64,000 bases of DNA from an uncultured delta proteobacterium. Lineage in GTDB: Bacteria > Myxococcota_A > UBA9160 > UBA4427. The stretch covers positions 192,001-256,000 of the forward strand of contig CAWGJT010000006.1 of the NCBI GenBank assembly GCA_963822965.1, in the 5' to 3' direction. The first letter of the stretch is position 1. Every line of letters starts with the position of its first letter. Shown here piece after piece: positions 53,831-64,000 of this stretch. The position numbers and the translations under genes were made by a program. The notes under the pieces were generated by a model that was given only the letters and a program-made list of their open reading frames with translations, did not search any database and was not told where the DNA came from.

Positions 53831-54064
53831 CTAGTACTCGATGATCTCGAGGATGTAGCGCTTCTTCTCCTTGCCGCTCGCCGCCGCCATCAGGGTCCGG
53901 ATCGCGGAGGCGTGAGCGCCTCCCTTCCCGATCACCTTTCCGAGGTCTTCCTTGGCGACGCGGAGCTCGAGAACGTGCGCATGTTCTCCCACCACTTCCT
54001 TGATCTGCACGTCATCCGGTCTGTCGACGAGCGCCCGGACGATGTCCTCGATGAGCTGCCTCAT
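53831..54064 (-). CDS. khpA: KH-domain RNA-binding protein
   Basis: [35 protein letters not shown]. Confidence 0.88.
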   Translation of the reverse strand: MRQLIEDIVRALVDRPDDVQIKEVVGEHAHVLELRVAKEDLGKVIGKGGAHASAIRTLMAAASGKEKKRYILEIIEY

Positions 54065-54449
54065 CATCCTGCTCTTCTCCACCGCTCGCTTCCGCCATCG
54101 AGATCGACGACGGCCGTACGCCACTCGGGATCACAAGCGCTTCTCGCGACTTCCGTTCGGACTTGCCGACAGTCTACGCCGAATGCCGGAGCCGAGGCGA
54201 GGCCGAAGCGAGATCGATGGGCACATTGTGGCTCGCGGCGGTGCGCGCCAGGACGAAGGACCGGGCATCCGCGGAGCGCACGGGCCGACCCCTCGGGGTC
54301 CGAGCCCGCTCCTTGCGGCCGACGTCGGCCCAGTCTGTCGGAAGGCAGCTGGCAGGACGACACGACGTACGCGGTCGCAACATGGGGCTCGTTGCACGCA
54401 CCGCCGCCCCGAGCGCTGCGCACGGAGCCGCGCGAGCGGCGGTGGAGCC

Positions 54450-55316
54450 TCAGGCGCCGGCGGGCGGAACCAGGGACGTACGCGCCGGCGTGGCGCGCCA
54501 GGCGAACCGAGCGCCCCCCAGGCCCGCCAGGCGGAGCACCGGAACCCGCCGGGCCAGCACGGTCGCTGCCTCCACGATGGGATCGACGTGTGACGCCGAC
54601 CCGAGCGGCGCGAAGGCGAACCGCAGGAGCTCGGCGGCGGCGATCTCGGGATCGAGGGTGGCCGCCACCGTGTCGTCGTCCGCGGCGGAATCCAGCAGGT
54701 GCAGGCCTTCGAGACGAGCGCCGAGGGCGTTCCGGGAGCGCGCACCCGACCGAAGGGTGGAGGGAAGCGGATAGACGTCGAAGCCTTCGCGTCCGGGCTG
54801 GAGGACCAGCCAGCCGGACCACAGGGCCGTGGAGGGGCCCGGAGGCGCGGGCGTCGCGTCGCCCAGGATCACCAGCGCACGCCCCTGCCTCACCGCCGCC
54901 ATCGCTCGCAGCACGAGTCCGCCGGCAGCGATCACGCGATGGATGAGGAGCAGATCGTCGAGCGGGCTCGCCAACGGGAAGACGCCGGCCCGGGCCGCCG
55001 CATCGGGAAGCGCGATGCGCGCCCAGCGAAAGGCCGGGTCGAAGCGCGCCACGCGACCGTCCCGGACGATGTGCACCACGTGGTCACGGCCTTCGCGCCC
55101 CGCCTCGAACACCCGGCCCTGGTGTGCGTACCGCAGCACGTCACACGCGGGAGAAGGCTGCCTCAATCGCTCTACGGAGACGTGGACGTCGGCGTCTTCG
55201 GGATGACAGGTGCGGTCGACCAGCGCCTCCGGCCATTGCCACTCGACTGCCGCCGGCACCTCGATTGCCAGCTTGACGCCCGCCCACGCGAAGCCGCGAA
55301 GCCTCGTCCTGCCCAT
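54450..55316 (-). CDS. degenerate HprK-related kinase-fold protein
   Basis: GGGAG RBS; FPLASPLDDLLLIHRVIAAGGLVLRAMAAVRQGRALVILG resembles the HprK-related core, without Walker A. Confidence 0.5.
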   Translation of the reverse strand: MGRTRLRGFAWAGVKLAIEVPAAVEWQWPEALVDRTCHPEDADVHVSVERLRQPSPACDVLRYAHQGRVFEAGREGRDHVVHIVRDGRVARFDPAFRWARIALPDAAARAGVFPLASPLDDLLLIHRVIAAGGLVLRAMAAVRQGRALVILGDATPAPPGPSTALWSGWLVLQPGREGFDVYPLPSTLRSGARSRNALGARLEGLHLLDSAADDDTVAATLDPEIAAAELLRFAFAPLGSASHVDPIVEAATVLARRVPVLRLAGLGGARFAWRATPARTSLVPPAGA

Positions 55317-55739
55317 GCTGCTCCCCCCAGAGCCGGTCGGGGAGCGCGTCCGCGACCGTTCGAATTCCGCCCACGCCTGCAACGGATCGGCAATTTTCCG
55401 CTCGGCTTGATGCGAAATCGTCCGGACCGGTCCAATTCGGCCGGGACGCCGGCGAATTCCCCGGCCCTCACGACCCCGGCCTCGAGGGGATTGGAAGATC
55501 GGCCGAAGCTGATGTACGAATGGACCCGACCGCGATGAGCCAGGAACGAACCACGACCAGTAGGCCCCCCGGGCCAGAGCCCTTCGGAGCCGGTGCCGTG
55601 CATCCGCGCGCGGCCCGCTTCCGGGCGAAGGAACCGATGCGCCCCACCTGATCGCCGCTGCGGCGTTCCGGGGAGGCCACCGGAACGACTGCCGCATGCA
55701 GTCCATGCTGCAGCGTGGCAAGAGCGGCGAGAGCGCGAC

Positions 55740-57089
55740 ATGGCCAAGCCCGTCGTCACAGCACGAATCCTCCGCCGGCTGCTGAGCAGCGGCGTATACA
55801 CGCGTGCCGAGCGCCTGCTGGCACGGGTGCATCCCGCCGACCTGGGCCCCCTCCTCGCCGCTCTCACCGCGGACGAGATCCGCATCGTGATCGACCTGCT
55901 CTTCCGGCAGCGGCGCGCGGCCGAGACCTTGGCCGAGCTGCCGCCGGAGCTGCTGGCGGTGGTCTTCGACGCGGTCAGCGACGAGCGGCTCGCCGAGATG
56001 CTGGTGCGCCTGGAGATCGACGACCGCCTCGACCTCGTCCACGGCATCCCCGAGGAGCGCCGCACCGCGGTCGTCGAGCGGCTGCCGCCGCACGTCCGGG
56101 ACGAGCTGCGCAAGGCGGAGCTGTATCCGGCGAGCAGCGCCGGGCGCGTCATGACCACCGCGTTCATCGCCCTGGACGAGAAGATGACCGCCCAGGAGGC
56201 GATCGATTCGATCCGGGCGGCCGGCGAGAGCGAGGGACCGCTCCTCTATCTCTACGTGCTCGACGAGGTCCGCCGGCTGCGCGGCGTCGTTCCGATCCGC
56301 CGGCTCGTCGCCGCGCCCCCGGACTCGCGTTGCGGCGATCTCACCGTGGAAGTGCCCGCGAGCGTGCACCCGGAGGCGGACCAGGAGGAGGTGGCCCAGC
56401 TGGTGGCCCGCTACGACCTGCTGGCCATTCCGGTGACCGACGTGGACGGGACCATGCTGGGCGTCATCACCGTCGACGACGTGATCGACGTCATCACCGA
56501 GGAGGCCACCGAGGACATGTACCACCTGGCCGGCCTCTCCGAGGAGGACCGGGTCTTCAGCCCGGCGCCCCTGGCGATCCGGAAGCGCCTGCCCTGGATG
56601 GTCGTGAACCTCGGCACCGCCTTCGCCGCAGCCCTGGTGGTCTCCCTGTTCCGGGACACCATCGAGCAGACCGTCGCCCTCGCCTTCTTCCTGCCGGTGG
56701 TCGCGGGCATGGGCGGCAACGGCGGCATCCAGACCCTGACGGTCATCACGCGCGGCATCGCACTCGGCGAGATCGAGTTCTCGACGGGGCTGCGCGCGAT
56801 GCTGAAGGAGATGGTGGTGGGCCTGGCGATCGGGCTCGCCACGGGGCTGCTGGGCGGCGGCCTGGCGTGGCTCTGGAACGGCAGCGCGATGCTGGGCGTG
56901 GTCCTGTTCCTGGCGATGGTGGTCACGCTCACCATGGCGGGCTTCATGGGCGCCGCGGTGCCCCTGGCCCTCAAGGCCCTGCGCCAGGACCCGGCCCTCG
57001 GTGCCGGGGTGATCGTCACCACCCTCACCGACGCCATCGCCTTCCTGACCTTCCTCGGCACCGCCACCCTGCTGCTCGACCGGCTCTGA
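55740..57089 (+). CDS. mgtE: magnesium transporter MgtE
   Basis: SAGRVMT, CBS pair, GVITVDDVID, KRLPWM, GMGGNGGIQ, DPA..TTLTD. Confidence 0.95.
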   Translation: MAKPVVTARILRRLLSSGVYTRAERLLARVHPADLGPLLAALTADEIRIVIDLLFRQRRAAETLAELPPELLAVVFDAVSDERLAEMLVRLEIDDRLDLVHGIPEERRTAVVERLPPHVRDELRKAELYPASSAGRVMTTAFIALDEKMTAQEAIDSIRAAGESEGPLLYLYVLDEVRRLRGVVPIRRLVAAPPDSRCGDLTVEVPASVHPEADQEEVAQLVARYDLLAIPVTDVDGTMLGVITVDDVIDVITEEATEDMYHLAGLSEEDRVFSPAPLAIRKRLPWMVVNLGTAFAAALVVSLFRDTIEQTVALAFFLPVVAGMGGNGGIQTLTVITRGIALGEIEFSTGLRAMLKEMVVGLAIGLATGLLGGGLAWLWNGSAMLGVVLFLAMVVTLTMAGFMGAAVPLALKALRQDPALGAGVIVTTLTDAIAFLTFLGTATLLLDRL

Positions 57090-57185
57090 CCGTCCTGCTG
57101 CTACGGGCTCTGACCGTCCTGCTGCTACGGGCTCCGACCGTCCTGCTGCTACGGGCTCCGACCGCCGCGCTGCTCGATGGGCTCC
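57082..57185. repeat. 24-bp tandem repeat GGCTC(T/C)GACCGTCCTGCTGCTACG x3 plus a degenerate copy
   Basis: Read directly; begins within the mgtE stop region; no spacers. Confidence 0.85.
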
Positions 57186-57200
57186 GGCGAACGTGACGGG

Positions 57201-57896
57201 CTACAGCGCGTAGGTCGCCTCGAGATAGCGGACGATGTCGGCCGACTCGAACAGGTGCGTCCCGGTGTTGGGATCGACGAGCCAGGGGACCATCATGCGG
57301 CCCGAGCGCGACACGAAGGCTTCGCGTCCCGGGCTCCCCTTCGCGACGTTGTGGAGCCGATAGGGCAGCTCCAGCGTGCAGAGCGCTTCGCGCGCGAGCC
57401 GGCAGAACGGAGAAGCCTCGAAGCTGTAGAGCTCCAGCGGCTGCTCGGGCGACCGCGCCCTCCGGTAGTGCGAGCCGTAGCCCACGCGCGGCAATCCCGC
57501 GAGGATCGAGCTGGCGTCCCGAAGAACCGGGGCGGAGAGCACGAACGGAACCCGTCCGTCTCCGTACCGATCGAACAGGTAGCGGACGATGTCGTCCGAC
57601 TCGTACATCTCCGTATCCGTGTTCGGGTCGACCAGGAACGGGAACTGCGCCTTTCCCCCGCGCCGCTTCACCTCCTCCCGGAAGCGCGGTCCGCCCTTCG
57701 GACACGGTCGCACGTCCGCCCCGAGGTCCAGAATGGAGAGCGCCTCCCGCACCTTGCGGCAGTACGGGCAGTTCTCGAACTCGTACAGCTCGAGAACCTT
57801 CTCCGGACGGCGCCCGATGGCGCCCACCTGCAGGCCCCCTGCCCCACTCAGGAGCGTCGAGAGGAGCGAGGTCGAGACGTCGACGATGCGGGACAT
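57201..57896 (-). CDS. tandem GST-N/glutaredoxin-like domain protein
   Basis: Two repeats: LYEFENCPYCRKVRE..FLVDPNT..MYESDDIVRYL and LYSFEASPFCRLARE..WLVDPNT..LFESADIVRYL. Confidence 0.85.
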   Translation of the reverse strand: MSRIVDVSTSLLSTLLSGAGGLQVGAIGRRPEKVLELYEFENCPYCRKVREALSILDLGADVRPCPKGGPRFREEVKRRGGKAQFPFLVDPNTDTEMYESDDIVRYLFDRYGDGRVPFVLSAPVLRDASSILAGLPRVGYGSHYRRARSPEQPLELYSFEASPFCRLAREALCTLELPYRLHNVAKGSPGREAFVSRSGRMMVPWLVDPNTGTHLFESADIVRYLEATYAL

Positions 57897-57964
57897 GGAA
57901 CCTCCGGCCCGGGTCGGGCCCCGCCGTTCGAGGCGCTCCCACGGGCAGAGCCGGCGAGCGCTCT

Positions 57965-60790
57965 TCAGGGTGTCGGGTCGGGCACCGGCTTCGGCGTTTC
58001 GACGGTCGCGGAGAGCACGCGTCGCGTCCACCCCTCCGGACCGCGCACCAGCTCCTGGGTCGGCCAGTACTCGAGATCGAGCTTCAGGGTGATCACCTCG
58101 ACCCGGCCGTCGAGATCCACCGTCTGCAGCCGCACCGAGCCACGGTCCGGCACGTCGGCCACGGCCTGCTCGAAGGCGTCGAGATCCGGCGTCGCGACGC
58201 TGTTGACGGCCAGCACCCGGCGGGTCGCGCTGAAGTCGTAGCGGTTCGCGGGCGAGCCATACCAGTAACGCGCGTTGTACACCCCCCACGGCTCGATTCC
58301 CCGCTGGGTCGCGAGCGCCCGCATCGGGGCCTGCAGGATCGCGCCGCCCCACAGCAGCGCGCGCTCGGTGCCCACGCCGGGCAGCTCCCGGGTCGGCAGC
58401 ACGAGATCCAGCATCTCGCCGTCCCGGAGCACCGTCATCGGGACGGTCGGTTGCTGCGAGGCGTGCTCGACCTCCTCGAAGCGCGTCACCGGCTCGCCGC
58501 CGATGGCCAGCAGGATGTCGCCGGTGCGCAGCAGCTCGGCGCTGGGCGCTCCCGCGGTGAGCCGCGCCACCGAGAGCGCCCGACGGCCCTCGGGGTCGTG
58601 CTCCTCCAGGAGGCGCGCCTGCTCGTCCGAGAGCCCGCGGCTGCGGGCGTCGGCGATGGTGAGGGGCGCCAGCTCGACCTCGATGGAGCGCCGCGCCACG
58701 GGACGGCCTTCGCGAAGGGGCTCGACCATGTCGATCACCTGGTCGATGGGGATTCCCGCGAAGAACGAGCTCAGGCCCTTCCCGGTGTCCCGCGAGTACG
58801 AGGCCCAGAATGCGAGCACCCGGCCCTTCTTGTCGGCGAGCACGCCACCCACGCTGGCCGCGGGATCGTCCACCTCGACGAGCTCCATGTTCATCTCGCG
58901 GAAGCGCGGCGGATGCGGCAGCGGGAGCACGAAGGGACCGACGCCCGAGATGCGCGTCTCGCGCGAGACGATCTCCTGGCGCGGGCTCAAGCCCACCATC
59001 CAGACGCGATCGCCGTTGCGGAGCTCCTTGTCGCGCAGGGTGGCGTTCTCAACGGGCGTCTCGCCGATCAGCGCCGGGTCGTAGGAGACGACCGCGAGAT
59101 TGTGCTCCGGGTGCAGGTAGACGAGCTTCCCCGGAACCTCCACCGAGCCCCCGAAGCGAATGGTGATGTCGCCCAGGGCGATGGGGACCGTCTCGCGGTC
59201 CACCACCACGAGCCCCCGCTTCGTGTCGACGATCAGGCCGGCCCCCTCGAAGCGATCGCCGTGGACGCCGTCGACGCGGTACGGAACGTCGAACTCCACC
59301 ACGACGATCGACGGCGCCAGCTCCTCTACCGGACCGTCGCCCTCGACCTCCAGCTCGGTGGTGGCGGGCTCGAGGGGCGGAGCGGGTGGCGCCGGCGCCG
59401 ACGCCTGGCAGGGCCAGTGGCCCGTCGAGTCGTCCCGGGTGCAGAGCTCCATGCCGAACCACCGCCGGCTCACGCGGATGACGGCGACGTTCTCGCTGCG
59501 TGGGTTTCCGAGCAGGTAGTATCGCAACGTCACCTGCCCACCCTCGGGCACCGCCGCCAGCACCCGCTCGAAATCCTGCAGGGTCGGCACCGGGGTGCCA
59601 TCCACGGCCGTGATCACCGCACCCCGAGGCACCCCGGCCTGGGACAGCATGTAGCCGGGCGAGGCCGTGTAGACGCCTCCTGCCGGCACCGAGTAGTTCC
59701 GGGCGAGCTGGTAGGACAGCCGATTGAAGACACCACCCCCGGCCTCGACGAAGGCATCGGGCGTGATGGCGTGCAGATCGCCCACCTCGATCTCGACCTC
59801 GAGGGGCTCGCCGCCGCGCTCGACCGAGAGCTCGACCGTCTGGCCGACCCGGTCGTCGATCAGGGACTCGATGGGCAGGAAGCTGGTGACGAGCTTCCCC
59901 TCGATGTGGGTGAGGATGTCGCCTGGCTGGAGCAGGCCGTCGGCCGGCCCTCCCGGGACCACCTGGTCGATGACGATCATGCCCGTGCCGGACGGAAAGG
60001 CCGCCCGCACCGCGCGCTCCGTCTCCGGCCGCAGGCCGAGACGCCGCAGCTCGTCGTACGGGCGGTGCAGGAAGATCGTCTGGAGGGTTCCCCGGGTGAC
60101 GGGCTTCCCGGCCTGCAGCAGCTTCAGGGCGCGCACGACGCGGTCCAGGGGCAGGTAGAAGCTCGAGGCGGCCATGCGACTGCCCCCGGCGTTGAGGGCG
60201 ATCACCTTGCCGTCGATGTCCACCACCGGCGAGCCGGACGATCCGCCGGAGGTCGACGAGGCCGCCTGGTAGTAGAACGTGTTGAAGTCGTTGAAGCCGG
60301 TCTGGCCGTAGAACGGAGCCTCCCGATCGAGCCGCGCCAGGGTGCCGGCCAGGATCGACAGCTTTTCCCCCGCGTCGTTGCCGATGACCCGGATGTCCAC
60401 GCCGACCCGAGCGCGCTCCGGCGCCAGGTCGAGCTGCGCGAGCTTCATGAACTTCACGTCCTTCGGGTCGAAGCGATAGAACCCGAAGTCGTGAACCGGA
60501 TCGCGATACAGCGCGTGGAGATCCACCTCCTCGTTGTCGAGGAAGACGCCCTCCGCCACCACCGGCCCCGGCATCACCACGTGGCGGTTCGTGAGGATCA
60601 GTCCCCGCTCGGCGTCCACCACGAAGCCCGTGGCGGTCTGGTAGCCGGCCACCACGTCGTCGAAGGAACGCGGTGCGTTCACCCGCATCACGACGATGGC
60701 GGGAACCACCCGGTCCAGCATCTTCTGCCAGCCGTTCTGCGGTGCGACGACGGCGACGGCTGCCAGTAGCAGCCCCGAGAGCGCCTTCAT
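57965..60790 (-). CDS. Nma111/DEG7-like HtrA serine protease (duplicated protease + PDZ domains)
   Basis: [67 protein letters not shown]; second degenerate protease domain; [12 protein letters not shown]. Confidence 0.88.
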   Translation of the reverse strand: MKALSGLLLAAVAVVAPQNGWQKMLDRVVPAIVVMRVNAPRSFDDVVAGYQTATGFVVDAERGLILTNRHVVMPGPVVAEGVFLDNEEVDLHALYRDPVHDFGFYRFDPKDVKFMKLAQLDLAPERARVGVDIRVIGNDAGEKLSILAGTLARLDREAPFYGQTGFNDFNTFYYQAASSTSGGSSGSPVVDIDGKVIALNAGGSRMAASSFYLPLDRVVRALKLLQAGKPVTRGTLQTIFLHRPYDELRRLGLRPETERAVRAAFPSGTGMIVIDQVVPGGPADGLLQPGDILTHIEGKLVTSFLPIESLIDDRVGQTVELSVERGGEPLEVEIEVGDLHAITPDAFVEAGGGVFNRLSYQLARNYSVPAGGVYTASPGYMLSQAGVPRGAVITAVDGTPVPTLQDFERVLAAVPEGGQVTLRYYLLGNPRSENVAVIRVSRRWFGMELCTRDDSTGHWPCQASAPAPPAPPLEPATTELEVEGDGPVEELAPSIVVVEFDVPYRVDGVHGDRFEGAGLIVDTKRGLVVVDRETVPIALGDITIRFGGSVEVPGKLVYLHPEHNLAVVSYDPALIGETPVENATLRDKELRNGDRVWMVGLSPRQEIVSRETRISGVGPFVLPLPHPPRFREMNMELVEVDDPAASVGGVLADKKGRVLAFWASYSRDTGKGLSSFFAGIPIDQVIDMVEPLREGRPVARRSIEVELAPLTIADARSRGLSDEQARLLEEHDPEGRRALSVARLTAGAPSAELLRTGDILLAIGGEPVTRFEEVEHASQQPTVPMTVLRDGEMLDLVLPTRELPGVGTERALLWGGAILQAPMRALATQRGIEPWGVYNARYWYGSPANRYDFSATRRVLAVNSVATPDLDAFEQAVADVPDRGSVRLQTVDLDGRVEVITLKLDLEYWPTQELVRGPEGWTRRVLSATVETPKPVPDPTP

Positions 60791-61431
60791 CGCGCCCCCG
60801 TCGTTTCCGACGGCTTGGACGGGGAGTGCAGGTGCTGCGAGAGGGTGCGATCGAGATAGGTCTTCACGTATTTCCCGAGGATGTCGGCTTCGAGGTTGAC
60901 CCGTTGGCCGGGGCGGCACGCCGAGAGCGTCGTCTCGGCGAGGGTATGGGGGATGAGAACGACGTCGAAGCCCTGCGGTTCCGCTCGGACCACCGTGAGG
61001 GAGACCCCGTCGATGGTGACCGATCCCTTGTCGACCAGCAGCCCCGCCAGCTCCGGGTCGCATTCGACGAAGAGCTGGACGTCGTCGCCCTGGCGCGCGA
61101 GCCGCCGGACGCGACCGACCCCGTCGACGTGGCCCTGCACGATGTGGCCGTCGAGGCGACCGTCGGCCCGCATGGCGCGCTCGAGGTTGACCCGCGCACC
61201 CGGCGCGAGATCGCCCAATGCCGAGCGATCCAGGGTCTCCCGCACCGCGTCGAACCCGAGATGCCGGTCTTCGACGGCGGTCACGGTGAGACACACCCCG
61301 TTGACCGCGACGCTGTCGCCCAGGGAGACGCCCTCGCCGGCGCGCCCCGCCCGGATGCGGAGCCGCACGAGCTCCCCCTCCCGCGACAGCGACTCCACCT
61401 CCCCGACTGCCTCGACGATGCCGGTGAACAT
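60787..61431 (-). CDS. ribE: riboflavin synthase alpha chain
   Basis: [49 protein letters not shown]. Confidence 0.96.
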   Translation of the reverse strand: MFTGIVEAVGEVESLSREGELVRLRIRAGRAGEGVSLGDSVAVNGVCLTVTAVEDRHLGFDAVRETLDRSALGDLAPGARVNLERAMRADGRLDGHIVQGHVDGVGRVRRLARQGDDVQLFVECDPELAGLLVDKGSVTIDGVSLTVVRAEPQGFDVVLIPHTLAETTLSACRPGQRVNLEADILGKYVKTYLDRTLSQHLHSPSKPSETTGAR

Positions 61432-62781
61432 CTAGCGTCCGAACCTGCGGTCGATCTCCTTCAGCATTCGCGAACGCACGGTCTCGTAGTCGGCGGGCAG
61501 CTCGATCGGGGGGTTCGGGTTCTCGGGCACGATGCCTTCGAGCTGCATCCGGTGGTAGTCGACCTTGAAGTCCACGAACTTGAGGCCGTGTGCCGTGGAG
61601 AGGACGATCACCCGGTCGCTCGGGGCGATGAGCCCCCGGCGGATGAGCTTCTTCATCGCGGCCAGGGCGACGCCCGTGTGCGGACAGTTGAAGAGACCCG
61701 TGCGATCCGCCTCCGCGCACGCCTCGACGAGCTCCGACTCGCTCGCCTGCTCGACGACGCCGTCGTAGCTGCGCAAGGTGGCGATGGCCTTCTCGATGGA
61801 GACGGGGTTGCCGATCTGGATCGCCGACGCCAGGGTCTTGCGCGCCGCGATCGGCTCGACGACCCGGAAGTCCTTCAGGTACGACAGATAGAGCGGATTG
61901 GCGGCCTCGGCCTGGGCCACGCAGATGCGCGGCTTGCGCCGGATGAGCCCCATCTCGAGCAGCATGTCGAGGCCCTTCCCCAGGGCGGACACGTTGCCGA
62001 GGTTGCCGCCGGGGATGACCAGCCAGTCCGGCACCTCCCAGTCGAGCTGGTGCAGGATCTCGAGGGCCACGGTCTTCTGCCCTTCCACGCGCAGGCTGTT
62101 CATGGAGTTCGCGAGGTACACCCCGTCCTGCCGGGCCACCTGCTTGACGATCTCCATACAGCCGTCGAAGTCGGTGTCGAGGGCGAACACCATGGCGCCG
62201 TTGGCGACTGGCTGGATGAGCTGTGCGATCGAGATCTTGCCTCGCGGCAGGAAGACCACCGCCGGAATGCCCGCTGCGGCCGCGTAGGCGGCGAGCGCCG
62301 CCGAGGTGTCCCCGGTGGAGGCACACGCCACCGCCGGAATCTCTCGGCCCCGTGCGATCATCTCCTTCACCATCGAGACGAGCACCGTCATCCCGAGGTC
62401 CTTGAAGGAGCCGGTGTGGGAGTTGCCGCACAGCTTGAGCCACAGCTCCGGCACGCCCAGCTGGCGACCGTAGCGCTCGGCCCAGAAGAGGTTGGTGTGG
62501 CCCTCGTACATGCTGACGACGTTGTCGTTGTCGATCTCGGGGAGCACCCACTCCTTGAAGCCCCAGACGCCCGAGCCGAAGGGCCAGTCGTTTCCGTGGG
62601 TCCGCTCCCGGAAGAGCTTCTTCCACTCCTCCGCGGGCGTCTTCTTCAGCTCCTCGACGTCGTGCACCACCTGCAGCAGACCGCCGGAGCGGTCGGTGTA
62701 CACGATCTCGTCGAGCCCGTAGCGCTCCTGCGGGTCGTGCAGGCTCTCGAACCACGCCCGGTAGCGGGGTTTGGCTTCCAT
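61432..62781 (-). CDS. thrC: threonine synthase (plant-like subtype)
   Basis: [61 protein letters not shown]. Confidence 0.94.
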   Translation of the reverse strand: MEAKPRYRAWFESLHDPQERYGLDEIVYTDRSGGLLQVVHDVEELKKTPAEEWKKLFRERTHGNDWPFGSGVWGFKEWVLPEIDNDNVVSMYEGHTNLFWAERYGRQLGVPELWLKLCGNSHTGSFKDLGMTVLVSMVKEMIARGREIPAVACASTGDTSAALAAYAAAAGIPAVVFLPRGKISIAQLIQPVANGAMVFALDTDFDGCMEIVKQVARQDGVYLANSMNSLRVEGQKTVALEILHQLDWEVPDWLVIPGGNLGNVSALGKGLDMLLEMGLIRRKPRICVAQAEAANPLYLSYLKDFRVVEPIAARKTLASAIQIGNPVSIEKAIATLRSYDGVVEQASESELVEACAEADRTGLFNCPHTGVALAAMKKLIRRGLIAPSDRVIVLSTAHGLKFVDFKVDYHRMQLEGIVPENPNPPIELPADYETVRSRMLKEIDRRFGR

Positions 62782-62819
62782 CTGGGCCCTCCTCCGAGTT
62801 GGGGCTCGCGCCGAGCCGC

Positions 62820-64000
62820 TCAGAGATCGTCTTCGATCCGGATCAGCCGGGTCGGCGCGGTGACGTCCGGCAGGGAGTCCACGCGCGCCAGGGCGCGGCG
62901 CACGGCCGCCTCCTTGGCGGGATGTGTGAAGACCAGCACCGGCACGGAGCCGCCGGCGTCCGCCCGCCCGGGCTGGAGCACCGACTCGATGCCCACGCCC
63001 TCGTCGCCCAGGGCGCCCGTCAGGTGGGACAGCACCCCGGGCCGGTCGACCGCCGTGAAGCGCAGGTAGCAACGGGTGTAGAGGTCGCCGAGGGGCACCA
63101 GGGGGTGGTCGCGCAGCCCCAGGTGCGGGTACGAGAGGGGCGAGACCCGACCGGCGCCTCCGCGGCGGATCTCCCGCGCGATCTCCATCAGGTCGGCGCA
63201 CACCGCGCTGGCGGTGGGCATCTCGCCGGCGCCGGCACCGTAGTAGAGGGTCGGACCGACCGCGTCCCCACGGATCGCGACGGCGTTCATGGCGCCGTCG
63301 ACGGCGGCCAGCATGCTCGATTCGGGGATCAGGGTCGGATGGACGCGCGCCTCGATCGCCTCGCCCTCCCCCCGCGCCTTCGCGATGGCGAGCAGCTTGA
63401 TGCGATAGCCGAAGTCCATGGCCGCCTCGAAGTCGATGGGCAGCAGCCCCCGGATGCCTTCGGTCGGGATCTGCTTGACGTCGATGCGCACGCCGAACGA
63501 CATGGCGGCGAGCAGGGCCAGCTTGTGGGCGGCGTCGATCCCCTCCACGTCGAAGGTCGGATCCGCCTCCGCGTAGCCCAGCTCCTGGGCGCGCTTGAGC
63601 ACGACCTCGAAGTCCTCGCCAGTCTGCTCCATCTGGCTGAGCACGTAGTTCGTGGTGCCGTTGAGGATGCCCTCGACGGTCTGGATGCGATTGGCGGAGA
63701 GCCCCTCCCGCAGGGCGCGAAGGACCGGAATGCCGCCCCCCACCGCCGCCTCGAAGGCCACGTCGACGCCCTGGCCCTCCGCCGCCGAGAAGATCTCGCC
63801 GCCGTGCAGCGCCAGCAGCGCCTTGTTCGCCGTCACCACGTGCTTGCCCGCCTCGATCGCCTGCAGGATCAGGCGCCGCGCCACCTCGTAGCCGCCGATC
63901 AGCTCGATCACGATCTTGACGGCGGGGTCGGCGATCAGGGCGTCCGCGTCGGCGTCGAAGTGGATCCCCGTGAGATCGACGCCCCGATCCCTGTCGGTGT
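62820..64000 (-). CDS. hom: homoserine dehydrogenase with ACT domain; 5' end outside window
   Basis: [50 protein letters not shown]. Confidence 0.96.
   Translation of the reverse strand, partial: TDRDRGVDLTGIHFDADADALIADPAVKIVIELIGGYEVARRLILQAIEAGKHVVTANKALLALHGGEIFSAAEGQGVDVAFEAAVGGGIPVLRALREGLSANRIQTVEGILNGTTNYVLSQMEQTGEDFEVVLKRAQELGYAEADPTFDVEGIDAAHKLALLAAMSFGVRIDVKQIPTEGIRGLLPIDFEAAMDFGYRIKLLAIAKARGEGEAIEARVHPTLIPESSMLAAVDGAMNAVAIRGDAVGPTLYYGAGAGEMPTASAVCADLMEIAREIRRGGAGRVSPLSYPHLGLRDHPLVPLGDLYTRCYLRFTAVDRPGVLSHLTGALGDEGVGIESVLQPGRADAGGSVPVLVFTHPAKEAAVRRALARVDSLPDVTAPTRLIRIEDDL

Noticed and set aside
51533..54946. Long plus-strand ORF of 1137 aa (and similar ones at 16551-19073, 21014-22942, 36294-38531)
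   Set aside because: GC-rich antisense or off-frame shadows of recognisable genes.
57082..57185. Repeat array as a possible CRISPR
   Set aside because: Units are contiguous with no unique spacers, and there are no cas genes.
57965..62755. 1596-aa ORF as one giant protein
   Set aside because: The N-terminal ~650 aa is an off-frame overlay of thrC and ribE; the real protease starts at 60790.

Overview
High-GC bacterial chromosome segment. Gene content and style (PilT, PilZ, sigma-54 promoter, many ECF sigma factors) suggest a Myxococcota/deltaproteobacterial organism; this is inference. Bases 1-16.5 kb are an accessory-looking block ending at the 3' end of tRNA-Asp. It holds an N-ATPase-type atpD overlapping a phosphoketolase gene, a decayed acetate kinase, transaldolase and an ~8.7 kb cyclic beta-1,2-glucan synthase-like gene. 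The rest is mostly core genome: tig-clpP-clpX-lon, four tRNAs, amidase-rph-rdgB, rpoZ, mgtE and hom-thrC-ribE. The best candidate for an undescribed system is a co-oriented run of a Ddl-like ATP-grasp ligase, a KamA-like aminomutase with an altered substrate pocket, MurJ and 5-oxoprolinase. Other oddities are an STT3-like protein lacking the WWD motif, a His-less sensor kinase, a P-loop-less HprK-like protein, an operon with three plant/fungal-like proteins, and several small proteins the ORF track misses or underplays. Many frameshifts cluster in patches and are probably assembly errors. All family calls come from recalled motifs; no searches were run.
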